A DNA stretch of 64,000 nucleotides, from the sequence record OL615012; one strand, written 5' to 3'. A program made the position numbers and the translations under genes. This document shows positions 1-8,770 of this stretch, piece by piece; position 1 is the first letter of the stretch, and the number at the start of each line of letters is the position of its first letter. The stretch is from Shigella phage vB_SboM_Phaginator. The notes below the pieces were generated by a model. It saw nothing but the letters and a program-made list of their open reading frames with translations. It was not told where the DNA came from and searched no databases.

Positions 1-1417
1 CTTGACTGAATGAAGCATAACTAAAATCTTCACGACCACGGGATTTAATTGTCTCATTAAATTCTTCATCTAATGTAAACACATAATCCGCTTCCATTAT
101 TTTAAGATAATGGTTAATCTGCTTATTAAATAATGGAATGTACTTTTTAATAATAGCACCTTTAATACCAGAATCTTTGAGCATATCAGTCAAAATTCCT
201 CGGTGGTATTTTTCCATTACTAAATTAGTTTTTGTCTTAACAATTTTATCAAGTTCTTCTTGAAGCAGTGCTATTTCATCAGCATGGTCAATAAACTCAG
301 AAGATGCTTTTTCTATAGCTGCTTTAACTTTTTTAGCTTTATCTACCGTCGTGATTAGAGATTGCTTTTTATTGCGAATATCATTTGCCAACGACTGCTG
401 AGTTTTAATATTATCTCGGTATTCATCAACAAGAACTTTTAAATTATCACGGTGCGTTGAAAGCTGTTCAAACGAATGCGTACATTCAGAAACTTTATCT
501 TTAATTTTAGAAACAACTTTATCACCGGAACTTAATTGTGACAAGCAGGTTGGACATAATCCACCTTCGTGATACATATTAATGACTTTATTATACGAGT
601 CAATTTTTGATTTAATTAAAACTGCTTCTTGACCGATTTTATTAAATGCATCAGTCGGGTCTTCATCCAAAACAATATTAACTAATCTTTCATTAGCTTC
701 TTCTATTTCCGATTTTAGCGTTCTAGCTTCTTTTGCCAAATCATCATACATATTTTGTAGACGAGTAAGGTTGTCACCCGTTAATTTTTTCTGGCGTTCA
801 ACGTTATCATTATATATTTTAATTTGTTGGATAATACTATCTTTTTTAACATCAAGCACTTGGTTTTGTGAATTTAATTCACGTATTAGTGCTTTATTAA
901 GCTTATCCATTTCAGCTAATGTTCCTACCTCAAGCAGGTCTTCCACAAGCTTTCTTCGTGCAGGGGTCGACAAACCCATGAAAGGGGTATACCCTGCTGT
1001 ACCAAGGACAACAATCTGCTTGAAACTGGCATATGACATTCCGATAAGCTGTTCAAATTCTGCTTGGAAATCTTTACTGCTGGCAGATTCATTAAGACGT
1101 GTACCGTTAACGGTGATTTCGAAAACGTTTGGTTTTTGTCCTCTTTTGATATAGTACTTTTTCTCATCATATTCCATCCACAGTTCAACTAAAAGTTCTT
1201 TCTTATTTGTGCTGTTTATTAATTGACCTTTCTTTACATCACGAAATGGCTTGCCAAAAAGCCCAAATGTGATGGCTTCTAACATAGTAGACTTACCACC
1301 GCCATTTCGTCCAGTAATAAGAGTTTTTTGAACCTTATCTAATTGAATGTCAATAGGATTTCCACCTACTGACATTATATTTTGATACCTAACTCGGTTT
1401 AGTTTAAAATTCTTCAC
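1..1417 (-). CDS. 46: Recombination endonuclease subunit gp46 (Rad50/SbcC-like ATPase); C-terminal part runs off the window
   Basis: Minus-strand frame open from pos 1 to a GTG start at 1415-1417; N-terminus MKNFKLNRV...GRNGGGKST (Walker A); missing from ORF track only because no stop lies in window; gp47 immediately upstream as in T4. Confidence 0.85.
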   Translation of the reverse strand, partial: MKNFKLNRVRYQNIMSVGGNPIDIQLDKVQKTLITGRNGGGKSTMLEAITFGLFGKPFRDVKKGQLINSTNKKELLVELWMEYDEKKYYIKRGQKPNVFEITVNGTRLNESASSKDFQAEFEQLIGMSYASFKQIVVLGTAGYTPFMGLSTPARRKLVEDLLEVGTLAEMDKLNKALIRELNSQNQVLDVKKDSIIQQIKIYNDNVERQKKLTGDNLTRLQNMYDDLAKEARTLKSEIEEANERLVNIVLDEDPTDAFNKIGQEAVLIKSKIDSYNKVINMYHEGGLCPTCLSQLSSGDKVVSKIKDKVSECTHSFEQLSTHRDNLKVLVDEYRDNIKTQQSLANDIRNKKQSLITTVDKAKKVKAAIEKASSEFIDHADEIALLQEELDKIVKTKTNLVMEKYHRGILTDMLKDSGIKGAIIKKYIPLFNKQINHYLKIMEADYVFTLDEEFNETIKSRGREDFSYASFSQ

Positions 1418-1677
1418 AAAAGATTCCTTTTAATGTATCTTTTAGACCATTCTATCATATCATCATAATCTAAAAAGTATTCATCAAATTCAGCCATGCA
1501 AACAACGCCTTGTGCTGCTTTTGATGTGATATAAATTATTCCAACATATCTAGAATCTTCTTCGGTGTAATCAATGTTTGCTATGAATTCATCATTAATG
1601 TCAAATGTCGAAAACTTCACAGTATGCATCCTTAATACAAGATACAGCCATATCTCGTAATGATTTAGGTGTGTCAT
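1414..1677 (-). CDS. Hypothetical small protein (between 47 and 46); true start may be an internal Met
   Basis: ORF track 87 aa; stop overlaps gp46 start; overlaps neighbouring ORF by 77 nt so start uncertain. Confidence 0.35.
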   Translation of the reverse strand: MTHLNHYEIWLYLVLRMHTVKFSTFDINDEFIANIDYTEEDSRYVGIIYITSKAAQGVVCMAEFDEYFLDYDDMIEWSKRYIKRNLL

Positions 1678-1864
1678 TATCTAAAATGTTGAAGTTAAAA
1701 GATACAGCCCAGTCAGTGCAGACCGTGACCTTTTTAATACAATTATCTTCAACTTCTAGTGGTTCAAACCAGTATTCAATAATTTCTTTATGCCCAATAT
1801 CATCTTTTACTTCGCATTCAAAATGCTGACTCATCATAACATTTTTAAATTCATCAAAAGTCAT
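1601..1864 (-). CDS. Hypothetical small protein (46.2-position)
   Basis: ORF track 87 aa; start overlaps gp47 stop (coupled ATGA-type junction). Confidence 0.45.
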   Translation of the reverse strand: MTFDEFKNVMMSQHFECEVKDDIGHKEIIEYWFEPLEVEDNCIKKVTVCTDWAVSFNFNILDNDTPKSLRDMAVSCIKDAYCEVFDI

Positions 1865-2880
1865 TGTGTTGCCTCTACATATAGCTGATTTGCATATTGA
1901 ATAAGTGCTTCACGGTCAGAATCAGTGATGTCTGGAATTGCATTAATATACTCTTCCATTAATGTCTGAAGCGATTGAACTTCAACTTCTTCACTGTCAT
2001 CTGACTCGACAGAGTTATCAATCTTTGACACAACTCGTAATGAATGCACAACTTTTTCTAGTTCAGATTCGAACTTCGTCAGATTTTTGTCTACTTCAGT
2101 TACTATAACACGTACTGATAGATTTGTAAAATCTTTATAGTCAATTTTTCCTTTAAATGGATAATGAATTCTACGATGCCAGGTAGTATTATTTGGAATA
2201 AATTCCATTCGTTCTGTTTCTGTATCAAACACCCAGAACCCACGAGGGTCATTCTCGTCACCTGCAGTTAGTGTCCATGGTGTCCCAATATATCTGACGT
2301 TTGCAGCCTCAGAGATAGTATGGAAGTGACCAGACCACACTTCTTTATAAGTCTTAAGGAAATCAGGTTCAAGACCATGAGATTTCATTCCTTTATAAAA
2401 ATAAAATCCGTTCAGTTCCCAGTGACCAACACAAAAAGAAGCAGATGAAGTTTTGATGTGCTCAAGAATTTCACCAGTATTTTCTTCACACATCCAAGGA
2501 ATTAAATCAATTAAACATCCGTCAAAATCTACCGTAGTAGGCTTATCATATACTTTAACATTAGGATATTTAGCCAAAAGCTCAGTAGAGGCATTTGGAT
2601 GCATTACATTTTTGTAGTGGAGATCGTGATTTCCTACAATAGTATGTAATGTGATTCCAGCGTCATCAAGCATTTGAACTATTTCGCGAGCGAACTCCAT
2701 AGTTTTATGCGTGATTGCTTTTCGCACATCAAAAATATCGCCGTATTGAATCCATGTAGTAATTCCATTTTTCTTAGAATATTCTATTGCTTGTTTAATT
2801 CCATCAATTTGAATACCGCGAATCCACTCATCATCGGCTTTAACACCTAAATGCCAATCACCTAAATTTAAAATTTTCAT
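1861..2880 (-). CDS. 47: Recombination endonuclease subunit gp47 (Mre11/SbcD-like phosphoesterase)
   Basis: 339 aa, N-terminal MKILNLGDWHLG and GNHD metallophosphatase motifs; same length as T4 gp47. Confidence 0.9.
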   Translation of the reverse strand: MKILNLGDWHLGVKADDEWIRGIQIDGIKQAIEYSKKNGITTWIQYGDIFDVRKAITHKTMEFAREIVQMLDDAGITLHTIVGNHDLHYKNVMHPNASTELLAKYPNVKVYDKPTTVDFDGCLIDLIPWMCEENTGEILEHIKTSSASFCVGHWELNGFYFYKGMKSHGLEPDFLKTYKEVWSGHFHTISEAANVRYIGTPWTLTAGDENDPRGFWVFDTETERMEFIPNNTTWHRRIHYPFKGKIDYKDFTNLSVRVIVTEVDKNLTKFESELEKVVHSLRVVSKIDNSVESDDSEEVEVQSLQTLMEEYINAIPDITDSDREALIQYANQLYVEATQ

Positions 2881-3040
2881 ATATCAAGAACCGTCATTGA
2901 AATGCAAAATAAAATTATTGAAATAAACCCATCTGGTGTGCTAAAGAACCCAATCCAACACGCTCTAGTGAATAGATAAAACGCTAGAAAAAGTATCACA
3001 TATCCAAGAAATATCATTATATCAAACTCCGTATAAAGCT

Positions 3041-3058
3041 AAAGGGCCGAAGCCCTTT
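3041..3058 (-). other. Intercistronic RNA hairpin with UUCG tetraloop (a-gt / 47 junction)
   Basis: Plus AAAGGGC-CGAA-GCCCTTT = minus GGGC-UUCG-GCCC stem-loop overlapping a-gt stop. Confidence 0.5.
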
Positions 3059-4259
3059 ATTTTGTAATAATGTCAAACTGTTCTTTAAAGCAGAAGCTTG
3101 AATCTTGGTGCTGATACAAAAATTCATATGCTTTTTCTCGCTCACGGTCATAAAGAGCTCGGTCAGATGACAGTTCTTTAATACGCTCAAATGTTGATTC
3201 CATGTCATTTTCATCAAACCAAATGATACCGCTATCATGAGAAATTAACGGAGTATTATCAACACGGAATTTTAAATTTTCGCCAGTAGATTTCCAAAAT
3301 ACCGGAATTGTTCCGCATGCACCAAGCTCGAGATGAGTATATTCTAAAGAACGTTGTAAATATTTTTTGTCCAACTTACTCAGTTGATAACCAAATCCGG
3401 ATTTACTCATGCGTTCAAGCATTTCGCTATTTACATAACGGTCAAGAATTTGCGTTGGCAAATTAGGAGCAATTTTAATTTGGTCTACTTGATGAAGACG
3501 ATAATACTCGTATGGAATTCCTTTTTCTTTAATGGGAATGAACGCTGGAGAACGTTCCAGACCTTCCATAATAGTACTTAGTCCTGCAGGTTTAAGATGT
3601 TTTTCGTGAAAATCAAACATCTGATAAAAGCCTTTCCATGTAGTAGTACGACCAATCCAACGGTTGATATTCATGTTAATTTCAGAAACATCTTTCCAGT
3701 AGGTTGATCGAACTTTCGCAATATCCATAGGAGGCTGAAAGTTATATACGGTCGGTGCTTCTTCAATATCATCAAACAGAGAAACAGTTTCTGGATACCA
3801 TTCTTTCATCAGAACTTTATTAAAATCACCATTATCAGAATGGCTAAAAATAACATCAGCTCGACGAACAGTTTCTTCTAATCCCAAATTTCGACGCAAA
3901 GAAAGAGAAGAATGGTCATGCTGATAAACTACAACACGAACAGAAGGTTTAATGTTATCAATAATTTTTTTATAGTTATTAATAGTGTCTTCTTCAACAG
4001 AAGTAGCAGGAACTGAATTGATAATTAGAATATCACAATCATTTACCAGCTTAAGTGTTTTATCGTATTCTTTTGCCAATAAAACTGGAATTGAAAATGA
4101 CTTATAATCATGCGCGCAATTACGAGTAAATGATTTATCTTTAGCATAAACCAAAGTTACTTCATGACCATTTTTAATAAACCAATCACGTTGCTCGAGT
4201 GAGAATTTTGTTACACCACAACCTTCAAGACCTCGAGCCATAAAAATACATACTTTCAT
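3057..4259 (-). CDS. a-gt: Alpha-glucosyltransferase (glucosylates hydroxymethylcytosine DNA)
   Basis: 400 aa, same length and position as T4 a-gt; recalled sequence match. Confidence 0.88.
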   Translation of the reverse strand: MKVCIFMARGLEGCGVTKFSLEQRDWFIKNGHEVTLVYAKDKSFTRNCAHDYKSFSIPVLLAKEYDKTLKLVNDCDILIINSVPATSVEEDTINNYKKIIDNIKPSVRVVVYQHDHSSLSLRRNLGLEETVRRADVIFSHSDNGDFNKVLMKEWYPETVSLFDDIEEAPTVYNFQPPMDIAKVRSTYWKDVSEINMNINRWIGRTTTWKGFYQMFDFHEKHLKPAGLSTIMEGLERSPAFIPIKEKGIPYEYYRLHQVDQIKIAPNLPTQILDRYVNSEMLERMSKSGFGYQLSKLDKKYLQRSLEYTHLELGACGTIPVFWKSTGENLKFRVDNTPLISHDSGIIWFDENDMESTFERIKELSSDRALYDREREKAYEFLYQHQDSSFCFKEQFDIITK

Positions 4260-4300
4260 TTAATATCCTCTTTGTTTTGGTTTATTTTACCAAAAATTTA

Positions 4301-4329
4301 TAAAGCAATATAGGAGCCGAAGCTCCTAT
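4301..4329 (-). promoter_or_regulatory. Putative MotA-dependent middle promoter upstream of a-gt, adjacent to UUCG-loop hairpin
   Basis: Minus-strand ATTGCTTTA (MotA-box-like) then about 11 nt then TAAAAT; hairpin GGAGC-UUCG-GCUCC at 4311-4329. Confidence 0.35.
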
Positions 4330-4502
4330 CCGCATAATACGCCATACAGAGGCTCGTTAGAACTTTTAAATTTTATGCGCTTATATTTTATAGTTCCTTC
4401 TGCTTTAGCTTTATCATGAGACTCTTTAAAGCGTCTCATCATTTCCTCTTTAGAGGAACGAATTTTATTATAATCTATTTCAGAAGTCTGGGTGTTCATC
4501 TT

Positions 4503-4709
4503 TCATAGTTGCCACCATTTTTTGACTTGATAGGAATCAACCCACACTTTCATATTAGGGTCTGCTCTTACAATAGGAGGATTAACTTCTTTAATTGAAC
4601 TATCATGGTATTCTTTTTCAGAAATTTTCACACAAAGATGACCATTCAAAGATTCAGTAAATCCTGCATTAATTTTAAGACGCTTGAATTTTACGTGTGT
4701 AAGCATCAA
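4503..4709 (-). CDS. Hypothetical protein
   Basis: ORF track 68 aa; position between 55-side ORFs and a-gt; weak support. Confidence 0.3.
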   Translation of the reverse strand: MMLTHVKFKRLKINAGFTESLNGHLCVKISEKEYHDSSIKEVNPPIVRADPNMKVWVDSYQVKKWWQL

Positions 4710-4992
4710 TCATATCCTCAATTTGCGATCTAGTAGTCTTCCAAAGAATACTGATGAGTTCATCGTTATATGGCTGTTTTAGAATATCCCGACTTTTCTT
4801 GATAGCATATTCGTATTGAGCAAAATTATTGTTTTCAGCTGCAATCTGAGCGTGCTTATAAAGACGATTCAGTTCGCGTTTGTTTTTAGACAATAACTTA
4901 TTTGCTTTTCTTTCTGCTTCAAGACGGTTCTTTTCTTCAATAGAAGAAATAAGCTTTTCCACTTCATCATTAATTTCGGGTTTATCAGTCAT
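4675..4992 (-). CDS. Hypothetical coiled-coil protein
   Basis: ORF track 105 aa; charged helical sequence; operon context. Confidence 0.45.
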   Translation of the reverse strand: MTDKPEINDEVEKLISSIEEKNRLEAERKANKLLSKNKRELNRLYKHAQIAAENNNFAQYEYAIKKSRDILKQPYNDELISILWKTTRSQIEDMIDAYTRKIQAS

Positions 4993-4993
4993 A

Positions 4994-5212
4994 TTATTTC
5001 TCTAATATAAAATAAAAATCATCATCTGTTAAATGATACCGATAGTTTAATTCTACACCATTAGATTTAAAAGCGGTATCATACGGATTTTCTGGATCAA
5101 TATCAATGTCAAGAGCTAAAACTTCCCTGAGATACATTTTAAGTAAATAGGGAATAGCTTCAACTTCAGGTATTTCTTCCAAGAATCCGGAGAGGTTAAT
5201 CGTTAGCCTCAT
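4994..5212 (-). CDS. Hypothetical protein
   Basis: ORF track 72 aa; start overlaps gp55 stop region. Confidence 0.4.
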
Positions 5213-5753
5213 ATAAAAAATCCAAACTAGGAGAATCGTCTACAACACTTTTCTTTTCAGCCCCCGGTGTTCTATAGGTTGATTCTTCGTAATGCGTCAT
5301 TTTATCGTAGATGTCTTGAATAAAAGTTTCATCTACTAACGCAACCATATCGTCGTCACGACTGTCATAGACATTGTGAACGAAGTAACTATATTTCTTT
5401 GCAACTTCCTTACGTTCTTTTTTAATACGCTGGACGAATGCATTAAAACAAGCTTGAGTTATATATGCATGTGGGTTTTTATATTTCGTTTCATCAAAAT
5501 TATGAAGCCCCTTAATAGAAGCTTCTATACCATCTGCAATCATTTCTTGTTTCCAAGACTGGGTGTATCCTGAAAAGTTGAAACGTTTAGATAAGCCTTC
5601 TGCAATAAGCATAATGGCTAATCCGATAGTATCATTCTGACGAACTACTTTATTTGGGTCTTTATTATTTGCTAATTCTGTTTTCCAATCAATAATAGCT
5701 TGTAAAAGCTCTTTATTGTTTACGTAATTATATTTAGGCTTAGTTTCTGACAT
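5196..5753 (-). CDS. 55: Late-transcription sigma factor gp55
   Basis: Track ORF 187 aa; protein from second Met ([17 protein letters not shown]...) is 185 aa as in T4 gp55. Confidence 0.85.
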
Positions 5754-5774
5754 TTTCACCTCTTAGCTCAATTC

Positions 5775-5819
5775 ATAGATCTATTATATCATAATATTTG
5801 AAGATCTATCTTAAAGCAT
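5775..5819 (-). promoter_or_regulatory. Putative MotA-dependent middle promoter upstream of gene 55
   Basis: Minus-strand TATGCTTTA box followed by AT-rich -10 candidates (AATATT / TATAAT). Confidence 0.3.
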
Positions 5820-5831
5820 AGAGGATATCAG

Positions 5832-6101
5832 TTATCTAAGTAAGCAGTATGCTTGGAACACTTTCTCCATCATCTTTTTAAATTCATGAATATCTATATA
5901 ATGACTAGTTAGATCAGCATGATATAAAAAGTCTAAAAACTTTTCATGTGTACTAGCATATTCACTTTCATTTAATTCAGAAACATGGCTTTCCCAATAT
6001 CCAACACCAGTCTTATTTGGGAAAAATGAAATTTTCATGTATTGGTCAACATAGAAAATGCCATAATTTTCAATAGTAATAGAAATATTAATAAATTTCA
6101 T
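5832..6101 (-). CDS. Hypothetical protein (55.x position)
   Basis: ORF track 89 aa; tightly packed minus-strand operon. Confidence 0.5.
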   Translation of the reverse strand: MKFINISITIENYGIFYVDQYMKISFFPNKTGVGYWESHVSELNESEYASTHEKFLDFLYHADLTSHYIDIHEFKKMMEKVFQAYCLLR

Positions 6102-6313
6102 ACATTCATCAACTTAGCCGCTTCAAGAGCTGCATCTAGTGAATCAAATTGGTCAACGTATTCAATCAATTCGCCGTAATTGGCATATAACCACCATTGG
6201 CTAAATTCATACTCAAGGATGAATCCATTTCCCTCAATTTGAGTTAAACCATTGCCGTTTGTATTTACTTCATATCCGGCAAGACGTAAATCGTTAATAA
6301 GAGCTTCGTTCAT
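6098..6313 (-). CDS. Hypothetical protein
   Basis: ORF track 71 aa; stop overlaps next start. Confidence 0.5.
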   Translation of the reverse strand: MNEALINDLRLAGYEVNTNGNGLTQIEGNGFILEYEFSQWWLYANYGELIEYVDQFDSLDAALEAAKLMNV

Positions 6314-6315
6314 AA

Positions 6316-6642
6316 TTATACCTTAGTAATTTTCAGGTCTGCAAATTTTTTCTTGCGTTGATTTTTCATGCGACGAATAGTTTTATCGGAAATTTCATGC
6401 TTTTGATAAGCTTTAGATTCTACACCAAAAGCTTTAACATCAAATTCTGACAAGATATATTGAACCAACAATTCACGGACAGTATTGCGTCCAATCTTCT
6501 GATCATTCTGTTTCATCGTCTGATGAAGCTCTTTTTCCCATTTATCCAAAATTTGAGGAGTTACAATATCGCCTTTTTCTAGCAAAGAAACTACTTTATC
6601 ATATGCGTAAGAATTGATGGCGTTTTTAATTTGAATAGTCAT
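6316..6642 (-). CDS. Hypothetical protein
   Basis: ORF track 108 aa. Confidence 0.5.
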   Translation of the reverse strand: MTIQIKNAINSYAYDKVVSLLEKGDIVTPQILDKWEKELHQTMKQNDQKIGRNTVRELLVQYILSEFDVKAFGVESKAYQKHEISDKTIRRMKNQRKKKFADLKITKV

Positions 6643-6675
6643 ACATTATCCTCAATTACGTTAAAATTTTATTAT

Positions 6676-6696
6676 CCAAAAAGGGCCGAAGCCCTT
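6676..6696 (-). terminator. Rho-independent terminator (UUCG-loop hairpin plus U-run)
   Basis: Minus strand AAGGGC-UUCG-GCCCUU followed by UUUUGG. Confidence 0.6.
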
Positions 6697-6895
6697 AGCT
6701 AAACTTTTTGGCACCCTTCCAGCCTTCATACATCATTGCGGCTGATATTAATATTGCTCCTGAGCAACTTGAATATTTGTGATTCCAAAACCAGTTTAGA
6801 AAAACTTCATCGTCAATACCTTGGGCTATCATATTTTCAAAGAACTGACGACGAGATTCGGCAATTCGTTGTGATAATTTAGATTCAGGATTCAT
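6695..6895 (-). CDS. Hypothetical protein
   Basis: ORF track 66 aa; followed by UUCG-loop terminator. Confidence 0.45.
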   Translation of the reverse strand: MNPESKLSQRIAESRRQFFENMIAQGIDDEVFLNWFWNHKYSSCSGAILISAAMMYEGWKGAKKFS

Positions 6896-7027
6896 TTAAA
6901 TTTTCCAGTTACCGTTTTCATCAATAAATTTAATCCAGTCATTTACTGACCACTTAGTTGTATCACCTTTTGGAGTAACATTTAAAGTGTATAACCCCTG
7001 CTTAAAAAGCATTCGTTTGATATTCAT
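6896..7027 (-). CDS. Hypothetical small protein (start chosen at internal Met to avoid 77-nt overlap)
   Basis: Track ORF 6896..7111; internal Met MNIKRM gives a non-overlapping 43 aa product. Confidence 0.3.
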   Translation of the reverse strand: MNIKRMLFKQGLYTLNVTPKGDTTKWSVNDWIKFIDENGNWKI

Positions 7028-7034
7028 ATTTTCC

Positions 7035-7367
7035 TCAGCTGTAACGATAACACTCGTTTGATTTACGTTTAGCAACTCGTTGAGAAGTATTATAATCAAA
7101 ATCATCGTCAATGTAAACTGATTTTTTCAACTTTCTTACTTCACCACGTAATTGGCGATTTAGCTCATCTTTAACTTCTGAATCAATGCCTTTCATTCTA
7201 CGCCATTTATCTGAGCGAAAAATGTTTTCAACCATATCTTTATGACTTACCCCATCAGGAGCTTTACGCTTTCCGAAATAGTCATAATCACGAACTTTCA
7301 AGTCTTTACGACGATACGTTTTACCCATGGAGTTTAATTTCCTTAGCAACTGAACTAAATACAGCAC
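7035..7367 (-). CDS. Hypothetical basic protein
   Basis: ORF track 110 aa, Lys/Arg-rich. Confidence 0.45.
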   Translation of the reverse strand: MLYLVQLLRKLNSMGKTYRRKDLKVRDYDYFGKRKAPDGVSHKDMVENIFRSDKWRRMKGIDSEVKDELNRQLRGEVRKLKKSVYIDDDFDYNTSQRVAKRKSNECYRYS

Positions 7368-7503
7368 GATCGCAAATCATGCGTTTATGTAACTTGAGTA
7401 TAATATAGCAAACTTCAAAACTATTTACATGAATAACACGAACAGCATTACCATTAATGAGATAATACTGTCCCTTTTTAATTTCTTTATCAACCATAAC
7501 CAT
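7321..7503 (-). CDS. Hypothetical small protein
   Basis: ORF track 60 aa; early promoter with 17-bp spacer directly upstream (7534-7563). Confidence 0.4.
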   Translation of the reverse strand: MVMVDKEIKKGQYYLINGNAVRVIHVNSFEVCYIILKLHKRMICDRAVFSSVAKEIKLHG

Positions 7504-7533
7504 ATCAATTCCTCAAAGGTAATTCATATGTTA

Positions 7534-7563
7534 ATAATACCACGGTTTGAACTTGTTGTAAAC
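7534..7563 (-). promoter_or_regulatory. Early (sigma70-type) promoter
   Basis: Minus strand GTTTACA - 17 bp - TGgTATTAT. Confidence 0.6.
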
Positions 7564-7624
7564 AACTTTGTGAAAAATATTTTAGGGAATGACAAGAAGG
7601 GAACGATAGCTTAGAATGGTAATA

Positions 7625-7657
7625 TACAGAATGTAAGAAAGAAAGGCCCAGAGGGCC
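7625..7657 (-). terminator. Rho-independent terminator after nrdH
   Basis: GGCCC-N3-GGGCC hairpin followed by U-rich tract on minus strand. Confidence 0.5.
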
Positions 7658-7661
7658 CGTC

Positions 7662-7970
7662 TTAGTCTTCTATGATATCTCTATTATATCCAAGTGAAAT
7701 GAGAGTTTCTTTGAAGTGTTTAATGTTCTTTTGTCTAGAATCATTAATGAAAATGACTGGATAACGAATGTTAAGAGATGTGAATCCAGCGCGTTTAGCA
7801 AGAGATACAATCAGCGGACGATCATACTCAATCTTACCATTATTTGTAAGAACTTTATAGAAAGTAAAAGGAGCATTAAGCTCCTTTAGAAGTTTTGTAA
7901 CTGATTGACATCCAGGACAACGACCTACTTCATCTGGAATTCCATAGACTTCAATCTTATTTTGTTTCAC
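7662..7970 (-). CDS. nrdH: Glutaredoxin-like protein NrdH
   Basis: 102 aa, CPGC redox motif, adjacent to nrdG-nrdD. Confidence 0.8.
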   Translation of the reverse strand: MKQNKIEVYGIPDEVGRCPGCQSVTKLLKELNAPFTFYKVLTNNGKIEYDRPLIVSLAKRAGFTSLNIRYPVIFINDSRQKNIKHFKETLISLGYNRDIIED

Positions 7971-7972
7971 AA

Positions 7973-8185
7973 CTATTCCTTACTAAGAGCAGCATTCAGC
8001 TTGTTAGTAATTTTATCCAGACGCTTATTGAACTCACTAGAAGATAAGCCCTTTTCTGGAGAAATTAAACTAATCACGAAAAATATAGCAATAAAAGGAA
8101 TAAGGAAAATAGCTCCAACTGCCATAAACAGAAAGAATGTTACGGTTGTAAGAAAATCAGCTAAACCTTTACGAAATTTATACAT
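7973..8185 (-). CDS. Hypothetical small membrane protein
   Basis: ORF track 70 aa with long hydrophobic segment FLTTVTFFLFMAVGAIFLIPFIAIFFVISLI. Confidence 0.5.
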   Translation of the reverse strand: MYKFRKGLADFLTTVTFFLFMAVGAIFLIPFIAIFFVISLISPEKGLSSSEFNKRLDKITNKLNAALSKE

Positions 8186-8299
8186 ATTTACCCTTAATTA
8201 ATTAACCAAGCATTGATAAGCACTAAACTATATTGTGAATAAAATTCTGGACCAAAATGAAAAATCATATCATTTATAGTATCCATAATGTAATTCAAT

Positions 8300-8770
8300 T
8301 TAATCATGTGTCCACACCCCATCGGTATTTGACCAAAGTCGCTGATTATCTGATCCTCGCCACAGCTTTTTAGTCGGAAGATTTTTCTCATACTTCCCAT
8401 CAATAATAACATCAACATATTTAAGCATTTCTAGTTGTTTAATATCTTCAAACTTATATCCTGTCCACAACCAAATGCTTTTATTGGGATAAAGATTTTT
8501 TACTGTTTGAACAATGCAATGAATAACATCTCGGTTATCAGGATAGAGAGGGTCACCTCCGGTTATAGTCAATCCTTCTATATAATCATTATTCAAACAT
8601 TCAATTAATTGTTCTAGTGTTTCACTAGTGAATGGAATACCATTTCTAGCATTCCATGTTGATTTATTATAACACCCTTCGCATTTATGCAAACAACCTG
8701 TAACGAAAAGAACGACCCTGCAACCAGGGCCATTCACAAAATCGCAAGGATAAAATCTATCATAATTCAT
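8300..8770 (-). CDS. nrdG: Anaerobic ribonucleotide reductase activating enzyme NrdG (radical SAM)
   Basis: 156 aa; Cys-rich N-terminus with CxxxCxxC-type cluster (CLHKCEGC); overlaps nrdD stop. Confidence 0.88.
   Translation of the reverse strand: MNYDRFYPCDFVNGPGCRVVLFVTGCLHKCEGCYNKSTWNARNGIPFTSETLEQLIECLNNDYIEGLTITGGDPLYPDNRDVIHCIVQTVKNLYPNKSIWLWTGYKFEDIKQLEMLKYVDVIIDGKYEKNLPTKKLWRGSDNQRLWSNTDGVWTHD

Noticed and set aside
771-1188. Track ORFs 771..1154 (+) and 925..1188 (-) inside the gp46 region
   Set aside because: They are out of frame or antisense to the long minus-strand gp46 frame (Walker A N-terminus, open to window edge).
3017-3238. Minus-strand ORF 3017..3238 overlapping the a-gt 3-prime end
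   Set aside because: Alternative frame nested within the a-gt gene; no independent support.
8194-8418. Minus-strand ORF 8194..8418
   Set aside because: Overlaps the nrdG coding end in another frame; nrdG has clear motifs and coupling to nrdD.
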